Assembly (NCBI GenBank): GCA_023213395.1
Contig: CM041465.1
Coordinates: forward strand, 195,555,741 to 195,619,740
DNA length: 64,000 nt
Origin: Cycas panzhihuaensis
Taxonomy: Eukaryota; Plantae; Cycadophyta
Direction of reading: 5' to 3'
In this document: in pieces, positions 27,941-41,222 of the stretch
Position numbering within the stretch: the first letter of the stretch is position 1
Layout: each line of letters opens with the position of its first letter
The notes under the pieces: generated by a model
What the model saw: the letters and a program-made list of their open reading frames with translations, nothing else
Databases searched by the model: none
Told to the model about the DNA's origin: nothing
Translations under genes and position numbers: made by a program

Positions 27941-28411
27941 TGATGGAATAAGCACATGCACAACATCACAGGATCATAGAATTAAAAACATCACAGGAAA
28001 CATTTGACATTACACATGCACACAGGTTTGATAGGTGGAAAACCCCTTTTGGGGAAGAAAACCCACCTCCTAAATATTCTAGTTTTATTAATAAAAAATA
28101 CTAAACAAAAACCATATAATAAAACCATCTATAAACAAAAACCATATAATAAAACCATCTACAAACCAAACCAGCCTTTGAAAAGGCATAAGGACAGCCC
28201 TTCTAGATTCCTGGAACATTCTCCATGAATCTAGGAGATAATTAAATACTAAGGAGGTTCGTTGAAATGCAGTTTTGCAATTTCAACGACCTTCCGCAAA
28301 TTAAATGAATAAACCTAAGTTAAAAACTTTACAATTACTTAAATTATATTTTAGACATGTGACATAAATAATTACATTAAAATACATAAGTTTGTATTAT
28401 ACAATCTAACA
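27941..28411 (-). repeat. Copia-2 5' LTR (471 bp)
   Basis: Direct repeat of 20709-21156; abuts the PBS; contains a 30-bp tandem duplication at 28102-28161. Confidence 0.95.
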
Positions 28412-29530
28412 GTATTATCATAAGGAAATTATTGAGAAATTAAAGCATGAATTATTAGAGTAAGTTGCAATTGTTCCAAGCCAAAGCCCATTCATTCTTA
28501 CAATCATATTAGTGCTTGAAAAGTATGTATCCTATTGGATGTGTGGAGATTATAGGCCATTAAATAAGGTAACAATAAAAAATCGGTACCGAATGCTATA
28601 GATTAATGACGTCTTAAACAAATTACACGAAAGATAGTTTTTCACCAAAATCAATTTATGATCAAAATATTATCAAGTTTGGGTATGAGTACAGGACACA
28701 ACAAAAACTATAATCTAAATCTGCGAAGTGCATTATGAGTCCAAGGCTCTACCTTTTTGAATTAGCAAATGCACTAGTCATATTTTAAGCATCTATGAAC
28801 AAGGTATTCCACCCATATCTCCACAAGTTTGTACTAGTCTTCTTTGATAATATTTTGATTTATAGTTAGACATAAGAGGGGCGCCTACAACATGTCAGGC
28901 AAGTGCTAGAAACACTTCAAGATAATGCTTTATTCATAAATATAAACAACTGTATTTTAGAAAACAAGAATTGAAATATTTAGGCCATATCATATCAAAG
29001 GAAGGAGTTAAAATGGATCCCCAAAAAATATAGGTAATGTTAGATTAACCTACATTGAACAACAACATTAATGTTAGGGGATTTCTAGGCATGCAAGGGG
29101 TCAATTGATGTTTCATCAAGGGTATGCCCACATTGTAATGCCTTTATCTAATTTGACTAAGAAATATGTGTTTGGATGGGATGAGAAAGTAAGCAAGGCA
29201 TTCAATCCCCTCAAGGAGGTATTAACATCACCCCTAATTTTCATAACTTCAAATTTCAAGAAACCATTTGTATTGGAATGTGATGCCATAAGTGAAGGGT
29301 AATGGGTCATGATAATGTAGGATACTCACCCTATTGCTTTTGAGACTTAAAAGTTCAAAGGGAAGAGAAGGGTCCACCCCATTTATGACAAGGAGATATT
29401 GGCCATAGTCCATATTATTACAAAGTGGCGACAGTATCTAGTGAGCAATAAGTTTCAGGTGAAAACAAATCATGCTAGTCTTAATACTTCCTAACTTAAT
29501 AAAATCTATCAGAAGCACAATAAAAGTGGG
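28412..29530 (+). pseudogene. Gypsy-A RT-RNase H pseudogene segment
   Basis: DYRPLNKVTIKNRY, FVLVFFDNILIYS, YLGHIISKEGV and KKPFVLECDA motifs with stops. Confidence 0.88.
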
Positions 29531-30049
29531 AAAGCAATCACTTCATTTATATGGGAAAGCAATCAACTGGCTTTATTGGTGGAGTAAGGATTACTAGGGA
29601 ACATGTCACTACAACTAGGATTTTTAAAATCTTTGTTAACAGAACTATATGAGAACATATGAAGCAAAAATCACTTCACTCAATTAATGTGTCTACAACA
29701 AATGGATACTATCCAAGCTTACATAAAAGAATTTTAATATCTACAAAGCATTCTAACCTCCAAAATCAACTTTGGTTTACTACTTAAAGCATATATTTAA
29801 GGACTCAAATGAACTATCAAGTTCTATCTAAAGACATTGGGTATACAGTCTAAGGGAAGCAATAAGACAAGCATGCAATATAAAAGTAGGATTTAGGGAA
29901 ACATGCAAGAGTTATGTTCATACCTATGGGACAAGGAAATAGACCAAATTAGTACTAGTTAGGGACCAAGGTTGAACCACCACTCAGAGAACAAAATGAA
30001 CACGGGCTTACAGAAGGTAGGTTGTCAAAGGCAAAACATGTAGTGCATC

Positions 30050-32722
30050 CAACATCCACTATTGAAGCAAATATAAGCTTGGTAAACATTTCTTCAAAAT
30101 AAGTTTTATTATATTGAATAAATGTGATGATTTAACATGATTCTAGTGGTATATTTATACAAATGAGACACCCCTTTATGAGAAGTTATGATTATTGATA
30201 ATTAATTTGTTAATGTTTATAATTGGTTGCAAGATTTGCAACAAGTCCTTCCCTTTCAAAATTCTTTGTAATCAAAGCATGAAAAAGCTAAAAAAAACTC
30301 TATATCAGCACCTCCAATTGCTATTAAGATGTTTGAAGTGGTCTTATTACATGTAAAAATTGTTATTGTATAATTTCCTATAAAGTAGATAATGGTGACT
30401 TCTCCCTTTGGTAAATTATATTATCATTTTTGTATTATATGGAACAATTTTCATTTTGCTCAAGCATGCCAAGTTTATGAGTGTTTTGCTCAAGCATGCC
30501 AAGATTATGGATTTCGTAAGAGAGAAGGCCCACATTATCATTTGAAATTTCCCTTTGAGCAAGAAAAGAGTCCATCCCATCATCCAAAGATTCATCTTAC
30601 ACCATAGGTAGCACAAGACATTCCTTCCAAACATTTAGTTCTAAGGGAGACATACTATCATTAAGTGGAGATATACGTGAAGCAAGGTCCTTAATATATT
30701 CATCAAATGTTTGTGATAGTGGAAAATTAACCTCTATAATTGGTGCTTTATGAGATCCAATATTTGCTTCAAATAGAGTCACAACATAAGCAACTTGATA
30801 CATTATTTTTTAAAGCTCTAAGACAAAGGTTTCCCAATCTAGTTCATTGTGCAAGGAGTGATAAGTCCTATCCCATGTATGAAGGTGATCTATAAAACAA
30901 AATGCAATCAAAATTTATAAACATTTTTTTTTAAATTAATGATGATTTTTCTCAAAGAATTATTCAAATATACCAAACTATTCGTAAAAACTAATAGATC
31001 CATTACTCTCGAAAAAGGGAAGGTCACTTGTAAAGATTATTCCTTTTTTTTTTTTTTTGTAAAGATTATTCCTTTTTCTTTTTTTTCCTAACCTATTGCT
31101 AGAACTCATTTGTAAATTATGATGTGGAGGTAGGCATCAAATATCCTTGTTATTAACCTAATTTTCTAAGTCTTAAGTCAATGTAGTTATATGAGTGGAT
31201 AGTGTTCTTTGGCCTCCAACGAAGCGATTACGATGATAGCACCAACATGCAACTGACTAGTCCTCTCTAATGTACACACCACATTGATACTAATTGCTAA
31301 TACACTCTTGGTATGGTATGGTCGTTATGCTCTTAGTGGGACCTCAAGCTACTTTTTGCGTGCATTGGAGGTCCCATTAAGAGTATAATGGCATGCTTGT
31401 CTTCCTTGTACTTGATATATCAAATATATTGGAATACATTCTTCGTTTACTACTTAGACTGTGAACAATACATGCAATAGATGTCTCCACTTGGCTGCAC
31501 ACAGGAGGTCTTGGTGATGGAAATCATATTGATTGGGGATAGCTTGCAGTTATTATTCTTTGAGTGTGGGCAATATGTTAGACCGTGATCATGTGGTTAA
31601 TACTTTTGTTTATGCCCAATTTGCAGGTCTATTTCATGTACTGTTATGCTACTGGTTATTCCATATGATTTTTATATCTCTTTTGCAACGGCTATATATA
31701 GTTTAAAGCTACTGTGTATGCTTTCTTAGACGTGAGCCAGAGCACACTGTCATGCGCCCAATGATAATTATACATTTGCAAGCAGGTGGCAAGTTATATT
31801 TACACGCAATATCGTGGCACACTTAGGTAATATCATGGCTTGGCGCAAAGGTTTACACAAGCAACAAATAATATATTTGCAATGATATCTAATAGGCAAG
31901 TAGTAATTGTAGCATTTTGGAAAGCAAATATATACACTGATAGGGGAGACTTAGAAAATAATATGTATATGTGTTAATAGGCTAGACTCGAAGCATGTAA
32001 CAAATTATTTGCAGTGGCATCTAATTTGTAGGCATCTCTAAAAGCAAATAGTATGTATAGGTATTATTTACTAATGACTTAGAAATAGGTTCTATGTTTG
32101 GTATTGTGTGTTAGCACATAATAATAATATGTATACAATACAATAGCCATAATTTGTAGGTTTCTTGGAATGCGACTTGTAGCAATAATGTCTATGGTAT
32201 TATTTGAGGTGATTTAGAAGAGTATGATAGGCTATGTGTCTCATATTATGTGTCATCCACACAAGCGACTTGATGCAGAAGGGTAAAGATGTGAATGAGA
32301 CAAATAGAGGTCGGGTATACAAGGGTAAAAAATATATCAAAGATAGTTCTAGGATATATCATAGGTGGTATATTAATAGGGTATGGTGCTTAATAATACT
32401 TAGAGATGAGAAAACAAGAGAATGAGGCAAAAACACATAATGCAAGGTAGAGGGCACATGGCTCAAAATGAGTTCATAGTGGAAGAGTCTTTTAGATCTA
32501 AATCTTTGATATCACATGTAATGGATCTAGTGTCCACTACCTAAGTAAATATAAGTTTGGTAAATATTTGTTCAAAATTAATTTTATTGTATTAAATAAA
32601 TGTGATGATTTTATATGATTCTATGAGCATATTTATACAATTGAGGCACGCTTTCATGAGAATTTATGAATATTGATAATTGTTTTGTTAATATTTATAA
32701 TTGGCTGTAAGGTTTGCAACAA
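30050..32722 (+). repeat. About 190-bp diverged direct repeat (30050-30244 and 32531-32722)
   Basis: Both copies run ccacta..aag.aaatataag.ttggtaaa ... tttataattgg.tg.aag.tttgcaacaa. Confidence 0.75.
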
Positions 32723-32734
32723 AACACCTTCAAA

Positions 32735-34118
32735 ATAGGACATGTTTTGACTGCAATAATAAATAGTCATGATCATAAATGTCCAACAAAGAAAGTCTTT
32801 ATACTTAACAATGGAAAAATAGGCATGTTGTTAGAAGATGAATAATTAAAAAAGGCACAATAAACAAAAGAGGATGAAGTAGAAATAGAAGAGATACTCA
32901 ATGAAAAGGTCCATGAGAATGTGTAAATATTCCTTTAAACAATCATAGGAACAATAAATATGCCTCAAACACTATGCTTTGAAGAAAGCATTGAGAATGC
33001 CAAAGTATCAATCTTAATTGATACTAGCAACATGCACAATTTTATTAACAAGTTAACAACAGTCAAGTTGGCCCTCCAAGTCAAATCACTAAAATGGTTC
33101 TAAGTAGTGATTGCTAATGGAAACATTATGCCATGCGAAGGATTTTGTGATAAGGTACACCTTCAAATCTCAGACTACTTATTAAGCACATGAATGTTTG
33201 TCATCCCTATTAGTGGTGTTGATGCAGTGTTATGCATACAATGACTCCAAAACTTCAAAAATATAGTTAGTAATTATAGAATACATTTTGTGAGATTTTT
33301 CCAAAATAGGTGCAAATACAAATTGCAAGCATTACCCATATCCCCTTTATAGCTAGTCTCATCTCATCTCATGGAAAAATTGCTCAAGCAAAATCCTTTG
33401 GGATATCTTATGTTCTACTATAAGGTCTTAATACAAAGTCCCATTTGAAGTACAACTATCATAGATTAGCATAATATAAATTTTTAAGACATTTCCAAGG
33501 GGCAATCTCCAGTTCGTGACAATGAACATTCCATAAGCTTAGTATCAGGAGTTGCACCCATCAACATCCAACCTTACTGACACCCATACTACCTCAAGAA
33601 GGAAATAAAATAAATCATTGAGGATTTACTTTAGCAAGGAGCTATCATACTCAATTCTAGTCCATTTGCTTCTCTAGTTATTTTGATTAAAAAAAATGAT
33701 GGATCATATTGAATGTATATTAACTACAACACTAGAAATAAAATAACAATTAAAAATAGGTGTTTGATGTTATGAATTCATGATTTACTAAATGAACTAC
33801 ATGGTGCCAAGTTCTTCTCTAAGATTGATCTCTGCTCCAGATATTATCAAATTTACATAAAAAACAAAAATGTATACAAGATGATTTTTCGGTCACACAA
33901 GGGGTTGTTTGAGTTCCAGGTTATACCATTCGGGTTAACTAATGAACTAATGATCTTTCAATGTATTATGAATACTGTACTTAATCCATTTATTAGAAAA
34001 TTCATCTTGGTATTCTTCAATGACATTCTAATCTATAGTCATATATGGGATGATTACTTAGAGGATCCGTGAGAAGCACTACAGATTTTACATGAAAATT
34101 GATTTTTCGTAAATGACT
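32735..34118 (+). pseudogene. Ty3/gypsy fragment (Gypsy-B): zinc knuckle, protease and partial RT; similar to Gypsy-A
   Basis: G.CFDC knuckle, protease ILIDTSNMHNFI, RT motifs FSKIDLCSRYYQI, FEFQVIPFGLTN and VFFNDILIYS (ORF 33881-34072). Confidence 0.85.
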
Positions 34119-34398
34119 CGATCTTTGACTATTGTGTGACCTTTATAGATGTATAAATTTGAGCATACAATGAAAAACATTGGAAAAAAATGCACTTGAA
34201 GCTCATGGACTATATTTTGAGGTCAACAACAAATTGGAGCAACAAGCATGCAAAAAGCCCAAGATTTTTGTTTGAAAATACCCTGTATTGATATGCAATA
34301 GCTAAATCTTTATTTGACACTGACATTTAGCACAAAATCTAATAGAAAAGCACTCCAAACCCATTTTTAAATTGAAAATTTCACATGGTTGTGTGAAT

Positions 34399-34737
34399 AT
34401 TCCTATTTTAAACTTTGGACATAATTTATTTTTCACTTTTATAAAGTTAAGTGAAATTAAATTATATTTCATAAATTTTGAAGTCCATTTTAAAAGTTTT
34501 CATTTCTTCAAGTCCTAGTCATGTGAAGCTCAAGGTGCCAGTGCCTTTTTTGAGCCATTTGGATGCCTATTCCTACTTTAAGCTTTAGACATAATTTATT
34601 TTTCGCTTTTATAAAGTAAGTGAAATTAAACTATATTTCATAAAATCCGAAATCCATTTTTAAAGATTTCGTCTATGTAACTGAAGGTCATATAGAGCTC
34701 AGGGTGCCAATCCTATTTTTAAGCCATTTGGATGCCT
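34399..34737 (+). repeat. Two-copy tandem repeat of about 170 bp (probable leader of Copia-4)
   Basis: attccta.tttaa.cttt.gacataatttattttt ... agccatttggatgcct at 34399 and 34569. Confidence 0.8.
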
Positions 34738-35240
34738 TTTCTGCATGTGAATATACCACATAGCTCATTTTTTTGAGATTTATCATCTTGCAATATTCAC
34801 ATGCTGTTGTTTTATGTTTTTTTGTTCTTTTTTCATGAAAACAAAAAATTATATGCTTTTAAATTAATTGTAACTACTTGTGAATAGACTAAGGAAGTAA
34901 AAGCATTCACACCAGCTGTTTATGAGTAGATTGGAATATTTTATAACTTTTATATTTAATTTTTATGTTGTTTTATTTGCTTATTAATTAATTTTGTTTC
35001 TGATAAGACAAAATGGTTAGTGGAGATGATATAATGTGTTATAAAAAAAATAATTGGTTATAAAAGTTATGCTATCTAGAAACATCAGATGTTTAGGTTT
35101 TTTTCATTTGAATGATTTATGGAAGTACATTGATCATTTTGTATTGGATAAAAAAATAGCAGGAATCATTATTTTTAAGAACAAACTAAACACAGATGTT
35201 GACTTCAACGAAGCATATGAAACTAAGATGTAATCAATTT

Positions 35241-35777
35241 TGTTGAAAATGGCATGTACCCTACATAAACCAAGACCTAGAAGATTGTTAAACTCTAGTT
35301 CTAGAATCAAAGAGAGCAACACTAAACAATGAAAGTTTAATTAAGTAAATAAGATAAAAACCTAAACTTAAAAGAGCATAAACAAGATAATACCAAAATG
35401 AGAAGGATATGGAATTGGTCCAATCTCCAAATGAATACTAGTTTGATTAGCAAATTGACATCATAACAATACAACTCATAGTTTATATGAGTAACATGAG
35501 AAGTGGTCTCAATGCATAGAGTTACAGAAGAGATTTAAGGCATTAGATGTTTGACAAATGTCAAACATCCAAGCTATATGCTTTACATGTAGGGCATGTG
35601 TCCTTTTGAGCTCTCAAGTGAGCAAAAGTGCATGAGGGTCATTTGAGCCTTAAGTGACAATATTATGTCACTAGAAAAGAATGTGGATATATACTTTATC
35701 ACTTAAGTGATCCAATAAAATACAAATATATATGAAATAAAATACATATGCTTACCATGTAAACATAAGATTTAACG
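35241..35777 (-). repeat. Copia-3 3' LTR
   Basis: Colinear with 42507-43047, roughly 80-85% identical by eye; differences are mostly transitions. Confidence 0.9.
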
Positions 35778-35789
35778 CCTCCCCTTACT

Positions 35790-38700
35790 ATTTACAATGT
35801 TATGTTGGACCCCTAGACCTCTAAATTTTATAATTTTTTTTTAACCAAGAGGCTTGATAAATGTATCTGCCATTTATTGCTCTATAGGTTTGTAATGGAG
35901 GTTGATCTCACCATTCTGCACATGCCCTTTGATGAAATAGTGATGAACCTTGATGTGTTTGGTCTGTGCATGAAAGGTTAGATTCTTGGTTAACTTGAAC
36001 ACACTCTGATTATTGCAATATAGCCTAGTAAGACGATCCTCCTGAAGTTTAAGCTCTCTAAGAATCCGTCGAAGCCAAATAGTCTCACAAGCTACGTTGA
36101 TTATAGCTTTGTACTCAGCTTCTATGGAGGACAAAGTGGCATTGAGTTGTTTCTTAGAACTCCACAAAATAACTCATGAACTAAGGGTAAAACAATAACT
36201 CGAGGTTGATCTGTAACTATCTTAGCATCTTACCCAATCAAAATATGAAAACCCTTACAAGATGAAGTTCTCATTGTGTACATACTGAAGGCCATGTTGT
36301 AATATGCCTTTAATGTATTTCAGTATGAGTTTTGTTGCATTCCAATGTTTCTGATTGTGTTGAGACATATATCTAGAACAAATCCCAACATCAAATGAAA
36401 TATTTAGTCTTGTGTCTGGTGAGGTAGATTAGGCTACCGATTAGTTACTGAAAAATAGTAGGATCTGTAGGTTTAGCTTCCTCATTGAGAATCAGTGTTG
36501 TTCCATTCTCCATGGGTGTAAGGCATTAGTTTGTAGTCATGCATCCTAAATCATTACAAAATATCCCAAGAATATTTTGCTTGGGAGATGAAGATATACC
36601 CTAGCTGTTGCCATACCACAAAGCTTAGAAAATAATGAAAAAGTCTAAGATCTGCCATCTCAAAGCTTCTCTTTAAATCACCTTGGAGAATCTATATTAT
36701 CTTAGTGTCACGACTAGTGATCACTAAGACATCTATATACAAGACAATAAAAATGTTATGGTCTTTCCTAACTTTGATTTACAAGTTAGGATCTGATGTG
36801 GATCGATGAAAACCATGTCTCAAGAAATAATCATCGATTTTTTAGTACCATGTTTGTGGAGCTTATTTCAAGTTATACAAAGCATTTTTTAGATGACAAA
36901 CCATGTGCTCCTTGCTTTGTACCTTGTAATTAGGAGGTTGCTCCAAATATACCTCCTCTTGAAGATCGCTATTGAGGAAGACGCTTTTCAAGTTTATCTA
37001 ATAAACTAACCATTTGCATTGAGCAGCTATAGCCAAGATGAGTCCGATGGTGTTTATATTTGCAATAGGTGCAAAAGTCTCCTCATAGTCAATGTCTTCC
37101 TTTTGTTTAAAACCTTTTGCAACAAGTCGGGTCTTTTGACACTTAAGTATCCCATCAAAGTAGAATTTGGTCTTGTAGACCTATTTGCAACTGATTGTTT
37201 ATTTGTGCTTAGACAATTCTATTAAATTCCATGTTTCATTCTTTTCAATAGAATAGATTTCTTCATCGATAGAAGTCTTTAAATTTTCATTTTCATATGC
37301 CTCATCAAAGTTAGAAGGCTCATCAACACATGGCACTTCAACCATAAGTGCATAATTGGTTTGCTGTAGATGTTTTGATGGATGTTTTCCTTTAATGATT
37401 TGGTTGTCCTAAATAGTCTGAGTATACCATTTGGGTAACTTTTTTATTGATGTGACTTGAACCTTAATATCTTTTGGTTGAAGTGGTTGATCAACAGAAG
37501 ACGTTTTAGGATCAAGTGGAGCAGATTCTGATGATGTAGACGATCCACCTGGTGCAGATGATGTGCATGGAATGGAAGATTCAGAGAGAAAGAAGTCATC
37601 AATAATCTTTTTGCCCTTTGTCGAGAGGAGATTGGATGGATGTTGATTCCAACTCTTTGTGTTCATTTTTAGCAAAGATTACATCTCTTAAGAGATGTAT
37701 TTTCTTATCAATAGGATCATAAAATTTGTATGCCTTATTGTGAGTGGCATAGCTTACAAAGATATATTTTAGATTATGTTTATCTAGCTTAGATCTTTTC
37801 TGATCGAGGATGTGCATATATACAGTGCACCCAAATGTCCTCAAATTACTAACGATAAGCTTCTTGCCAGTCCAAGCTTTCTCTGGTGTGATGTCAGTGA
37901 CTATTGATATAAGACTTCGATTTGTCACATAGGCAGCTGTGTGAAAGGTTTCTTCCTAGTATACTCGTGTTAGTCCTCTTCCATGCATCATGACTTTGGC
38001 TTTGTTTGCCAAACCCATGTTCATACGTTTAGAGACTTTGTTTTATTGAGTATGAGAAATGGTGAGCTGTCTTCGAATACCGTTATCCTTGTAGAATTTG
38101 GTGAATTTCTTTGAAGTGAATTCACCTCTATCATATAACCTTAGAATTTTGATTGAACGACCACACTCATTGTCCACTTCAAGTTTGAATTATTTGAACT
38201 TCTAGAATGCTTCAGATTTATGTTTGAAGTAGACCCAAACTTTGTGAGAGAAATCATCTATGAAGGAGATATAGTACAATGCTCCCCCGAAGGATGCTGT
38301 AGATATGGGTCCACATAAATCAGAATGTATCAATTACAAAGAATATAATACACACCATGCTTTGCCTTTAGGAAAAGACAATCAATGTTGTGTCCTCATA
38401 CTATAAGCTTCACAAAGATATTTTGAACCATATAGTTTTAGAAGCCCATGCACCATGTTTTTGTTTACCATCAACTTGATATTGTCGAAGCTTAAGTGGC
38501 CTAGACGTTGATGCCAAAGTTGCATCTTTAACAATGATTGAGTAATAGAGTAAACATAATCAAGTGTTATATTATTTGCATCCATTTTATAAAATCTATG
38601 GTCTTCATGACCAATGGCTACAACCTGATCATGCTTGTCACCAATGACATATTTCCCATTTTTTAATAAAATATTCATCTGCTGCTTATCCAATTGGCTA

Positions 38701-39980
38701 ATAGATAACAGACTCTTCACCATGGAATGGATTAGGTATGCATCTTTAGTGGGAAATGTAGAAGAAAAATTTGAAGGTGAATGGAATGAGGTAATTTTGC
38801 CTATACCTGATATCTGAATAGATTCATTATTTCCAAAGGTTATTGATCGACCATTTCCTTCTTTGATGTCATAAAGGAGTTCTTCACTCCCAGTCATATG
38901 CCAAGATGCCCCCAAGTCAATGATCCATGTCTGATCAATATATGATATGTGATAAGTACAAAATAATTTATTCTCATCCGTAAACTGATTAGAGTGGCAT
39001 TAATTGCCACCTCTGAAATCCCCCCCTTTCCTCTTTGACCTCCTCGATATGCATTTCGATTTAGTTGAGGGAGTTGCTACTGTTGCTATTGCTAAAATCA
39101 TTGCTGCTGCTGAAACTACTAACGAGGCTACTGTTGCCTCTGATATTGTTGCCGTGGCTGTTGTTGTCATATGCTCTAGAGATCGGTTTGCTTCTTGTGA
39201 TATTCAAGAGATATGTGACCAACTTTGCCACAATAATGATAAATAGCATTGACTTTTGATATGCCAATGTTCATGTTCCCAAACTATTTTGTGAGTAAAT
39301 GTTTAGGACATTGCTTGACCTTCAATTTGGCCATGAATGCTCCTGATATGGATGACTCATCATCTTCCCAGATATAAATTTGTTCCTCTTTAAGTAACAA
39401 ATTTTCAAGTTGATTGAAGGACATACTTGAAAGTGGGCTATTTCGTGTAACGGATGATACGAATCCATTAAAATCTTTAAGTAATGCTCAAACAATTACC
39501 GTTACAAGCTCGTCTCTAAAAGTTGGTTTGTTTAATGTATTCAATTCATTACAGATTTCTTCGATGAAAGAAAAGAATGTCGACATTGGCTTTACAAATT
39601 TCAAAAAATATAATTTTGCTTTCACCATCAAAATACGAGATTCATTTCGCCTTTCATATAAAGAGAACAAAGTGTCCCAAACTTCCTTAGAGGTTTTTGC
39701 ACACACAATATTTTAATCAACATAAATATCAATAATTATATGTAAAAATGCTAAGGCAATTTCATCATTGGACTCCCAAGCAGCAACATAAACTGGATCT
39801 GGTTCAACAACATTGTCATCAAGTTCTACAGGTATAGATTGAGGAATTTTGCCAGAAACATGACCATAAAATTTATTCATTATCAAGAGGTTTTGTGTTT
39901 GCCTTTTCTATTTTTGATAATTATCTTGACCTATTAATTTGATGGTACATGCATTAAGTATATTTAAATCGACTATGTTC
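35790..39980 (-). pseudogene. Copia-3 gag-pol pseudogene
   Basis: gag IKLIGQDNYQK and AKTSKEVWDTL; protease WIIDLGASWHMT; GAG-pre-integrase LWHQRLGH; SH3-like RTFGCTVY; RNase H ORF 35874-36167 (SSIEAEY, TKHIKVHHYF). Confidence 0.9.
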
Positions 39981-40874
39981 AAGTTGTAATGCTTCAAACT
40001 AGCATATGACTTGGAAACTCAAAGTTTTTATCGCTTAAGTTCCAACTTCTAACAAGCCAACAATCATGATCTTACTAGAATATCCAACAACTGAATGGAA
40101 TGATAAGAGATGGAGGATTAAGCAGAAGAGTTAGTCCAACCATAATCTATAGATGAGATTCATGGTTGACCAAGTCAAATATATGACAAGGCAAGTAAGG
40201 TTGATCTGCATGGACGTACCATGCTTTCCCTGAGATTCACAACCATAATAACACATTTTTCGAACCTCATTTCCCTTAAACAACCTTAATTATCATGCAC
40301 TGATCGTATGGTCGATCGGTCTCCTAGAGAATACACCAAGCTTAAGGTTATTTTAGAGGCAAGATTTGAACATTTTTCGGATCTCTCTCACTAGATTTTA
40401 AATTCACTTTTCGATTTTAAATTCACTCTTTCAAAATGTTGAAGTAAACTTTAGGTGAGTTTTACTTGGATGATGTATTTGAAAAATGAGTGCTTAAAAG
40501 CTTATAAATGTGGCTTCAAAAAGAACCAATTTAGTACATTAAAAATATAACACTTATTTTACAAAGTGCTTAATAAAGTGAAAAAGAGTGCTAAAGACAT
40601 CCAAGTAACAGATTTGAGTACATCACATATAACACATTAACTGTTTAAGAAGAAAACATTTTTCAAAAGATAAAAAAAAGTGTTAAAGTACCTAAATAGA
40701 ATGATAAACTACCATGTGATGATGCTTCAAGTGGGTTCCTTTTAGTGGAAAATGGTCAACTTGAAGGCGCAAAAAGATTCACTTTGCAATGTAGACACCA
40801 TGCACCAAGTGTTAGGACTTAAATTAGTCCAAACCAGCTACGAAAATGAGAAATTATTTTATTAAAAAAATGAT

Positions 40875-41222
40875 TTTTAAACCACTTTTAGACTAGGGCA
40901 CTAGGTCACCCTGTAGGGAGCCTTTAAGAAAACACTTAAATAAGTGGTTTTTTGCTTTTACAATGATAAAATGACTTTTAAAAGTCAACGAGTCACTAAA
41001 TACAAATATAAAATTTTTATGTTAAAATGACTTTAAAAAGTAAGAAAAAGTGAATTTAGACCCTTTTTTAGAACTAGAGCATGAAGGACACCTCGCAGAG
41101 AGCCTTATAATGCACTTAAAAAGGTGTTTTTTTTGCCTTTATAATGATAAAAATGACTTAAAAAGTCATTTGATGAGTCAAAAACACAAATGCAAATTTT
41201 TTGTGTTAAATGACACTCAAAG
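40875..41222. repeat. Two-copy diverged tandem repeat of about 180 bp in the Copia-3 leader
   Basis: Shared blocks cacttaaa.a.gtg.tttttttgc.ttta.aatgataaaatgactt..aaaagtca at about 40935 and 41112. Confidence 0.7.

Larger units (their letters stand above)
20709..28411 (-). mobile_element. Full-length Ty1/copia LTR retrotransposon (Copia-2)
   Basis: TG...CA LTRs at 20709-21156 and 27941-28411. TSD GCATT/GTATT, PBS-Met variant TGGCATCAAAGC (27929-27940, minus), PPT 21157-21167. Domain order gag-PR-IN-RT-RH. Confidence 0.96.
18091..29530 (+). mobile_element. Degenerate Ty3/gypsy element (Gypsy-A), interrupted by Copia-2 and truncated after RNase H
   Basis: 5' LTR 18091-18358, PBS-Met variant TGGTATTAGAGC at 18361, gag about 19039-20040 (G.CFTC knuckle), and protease IVLVDDRKAYNFI at about 20205. 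RT resumes at 28412 (WMCGDYRPLNKVTIKNRY, VFFDNILIYS) and RNase H reads KPFVLECDA. Confidence 0.8.
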
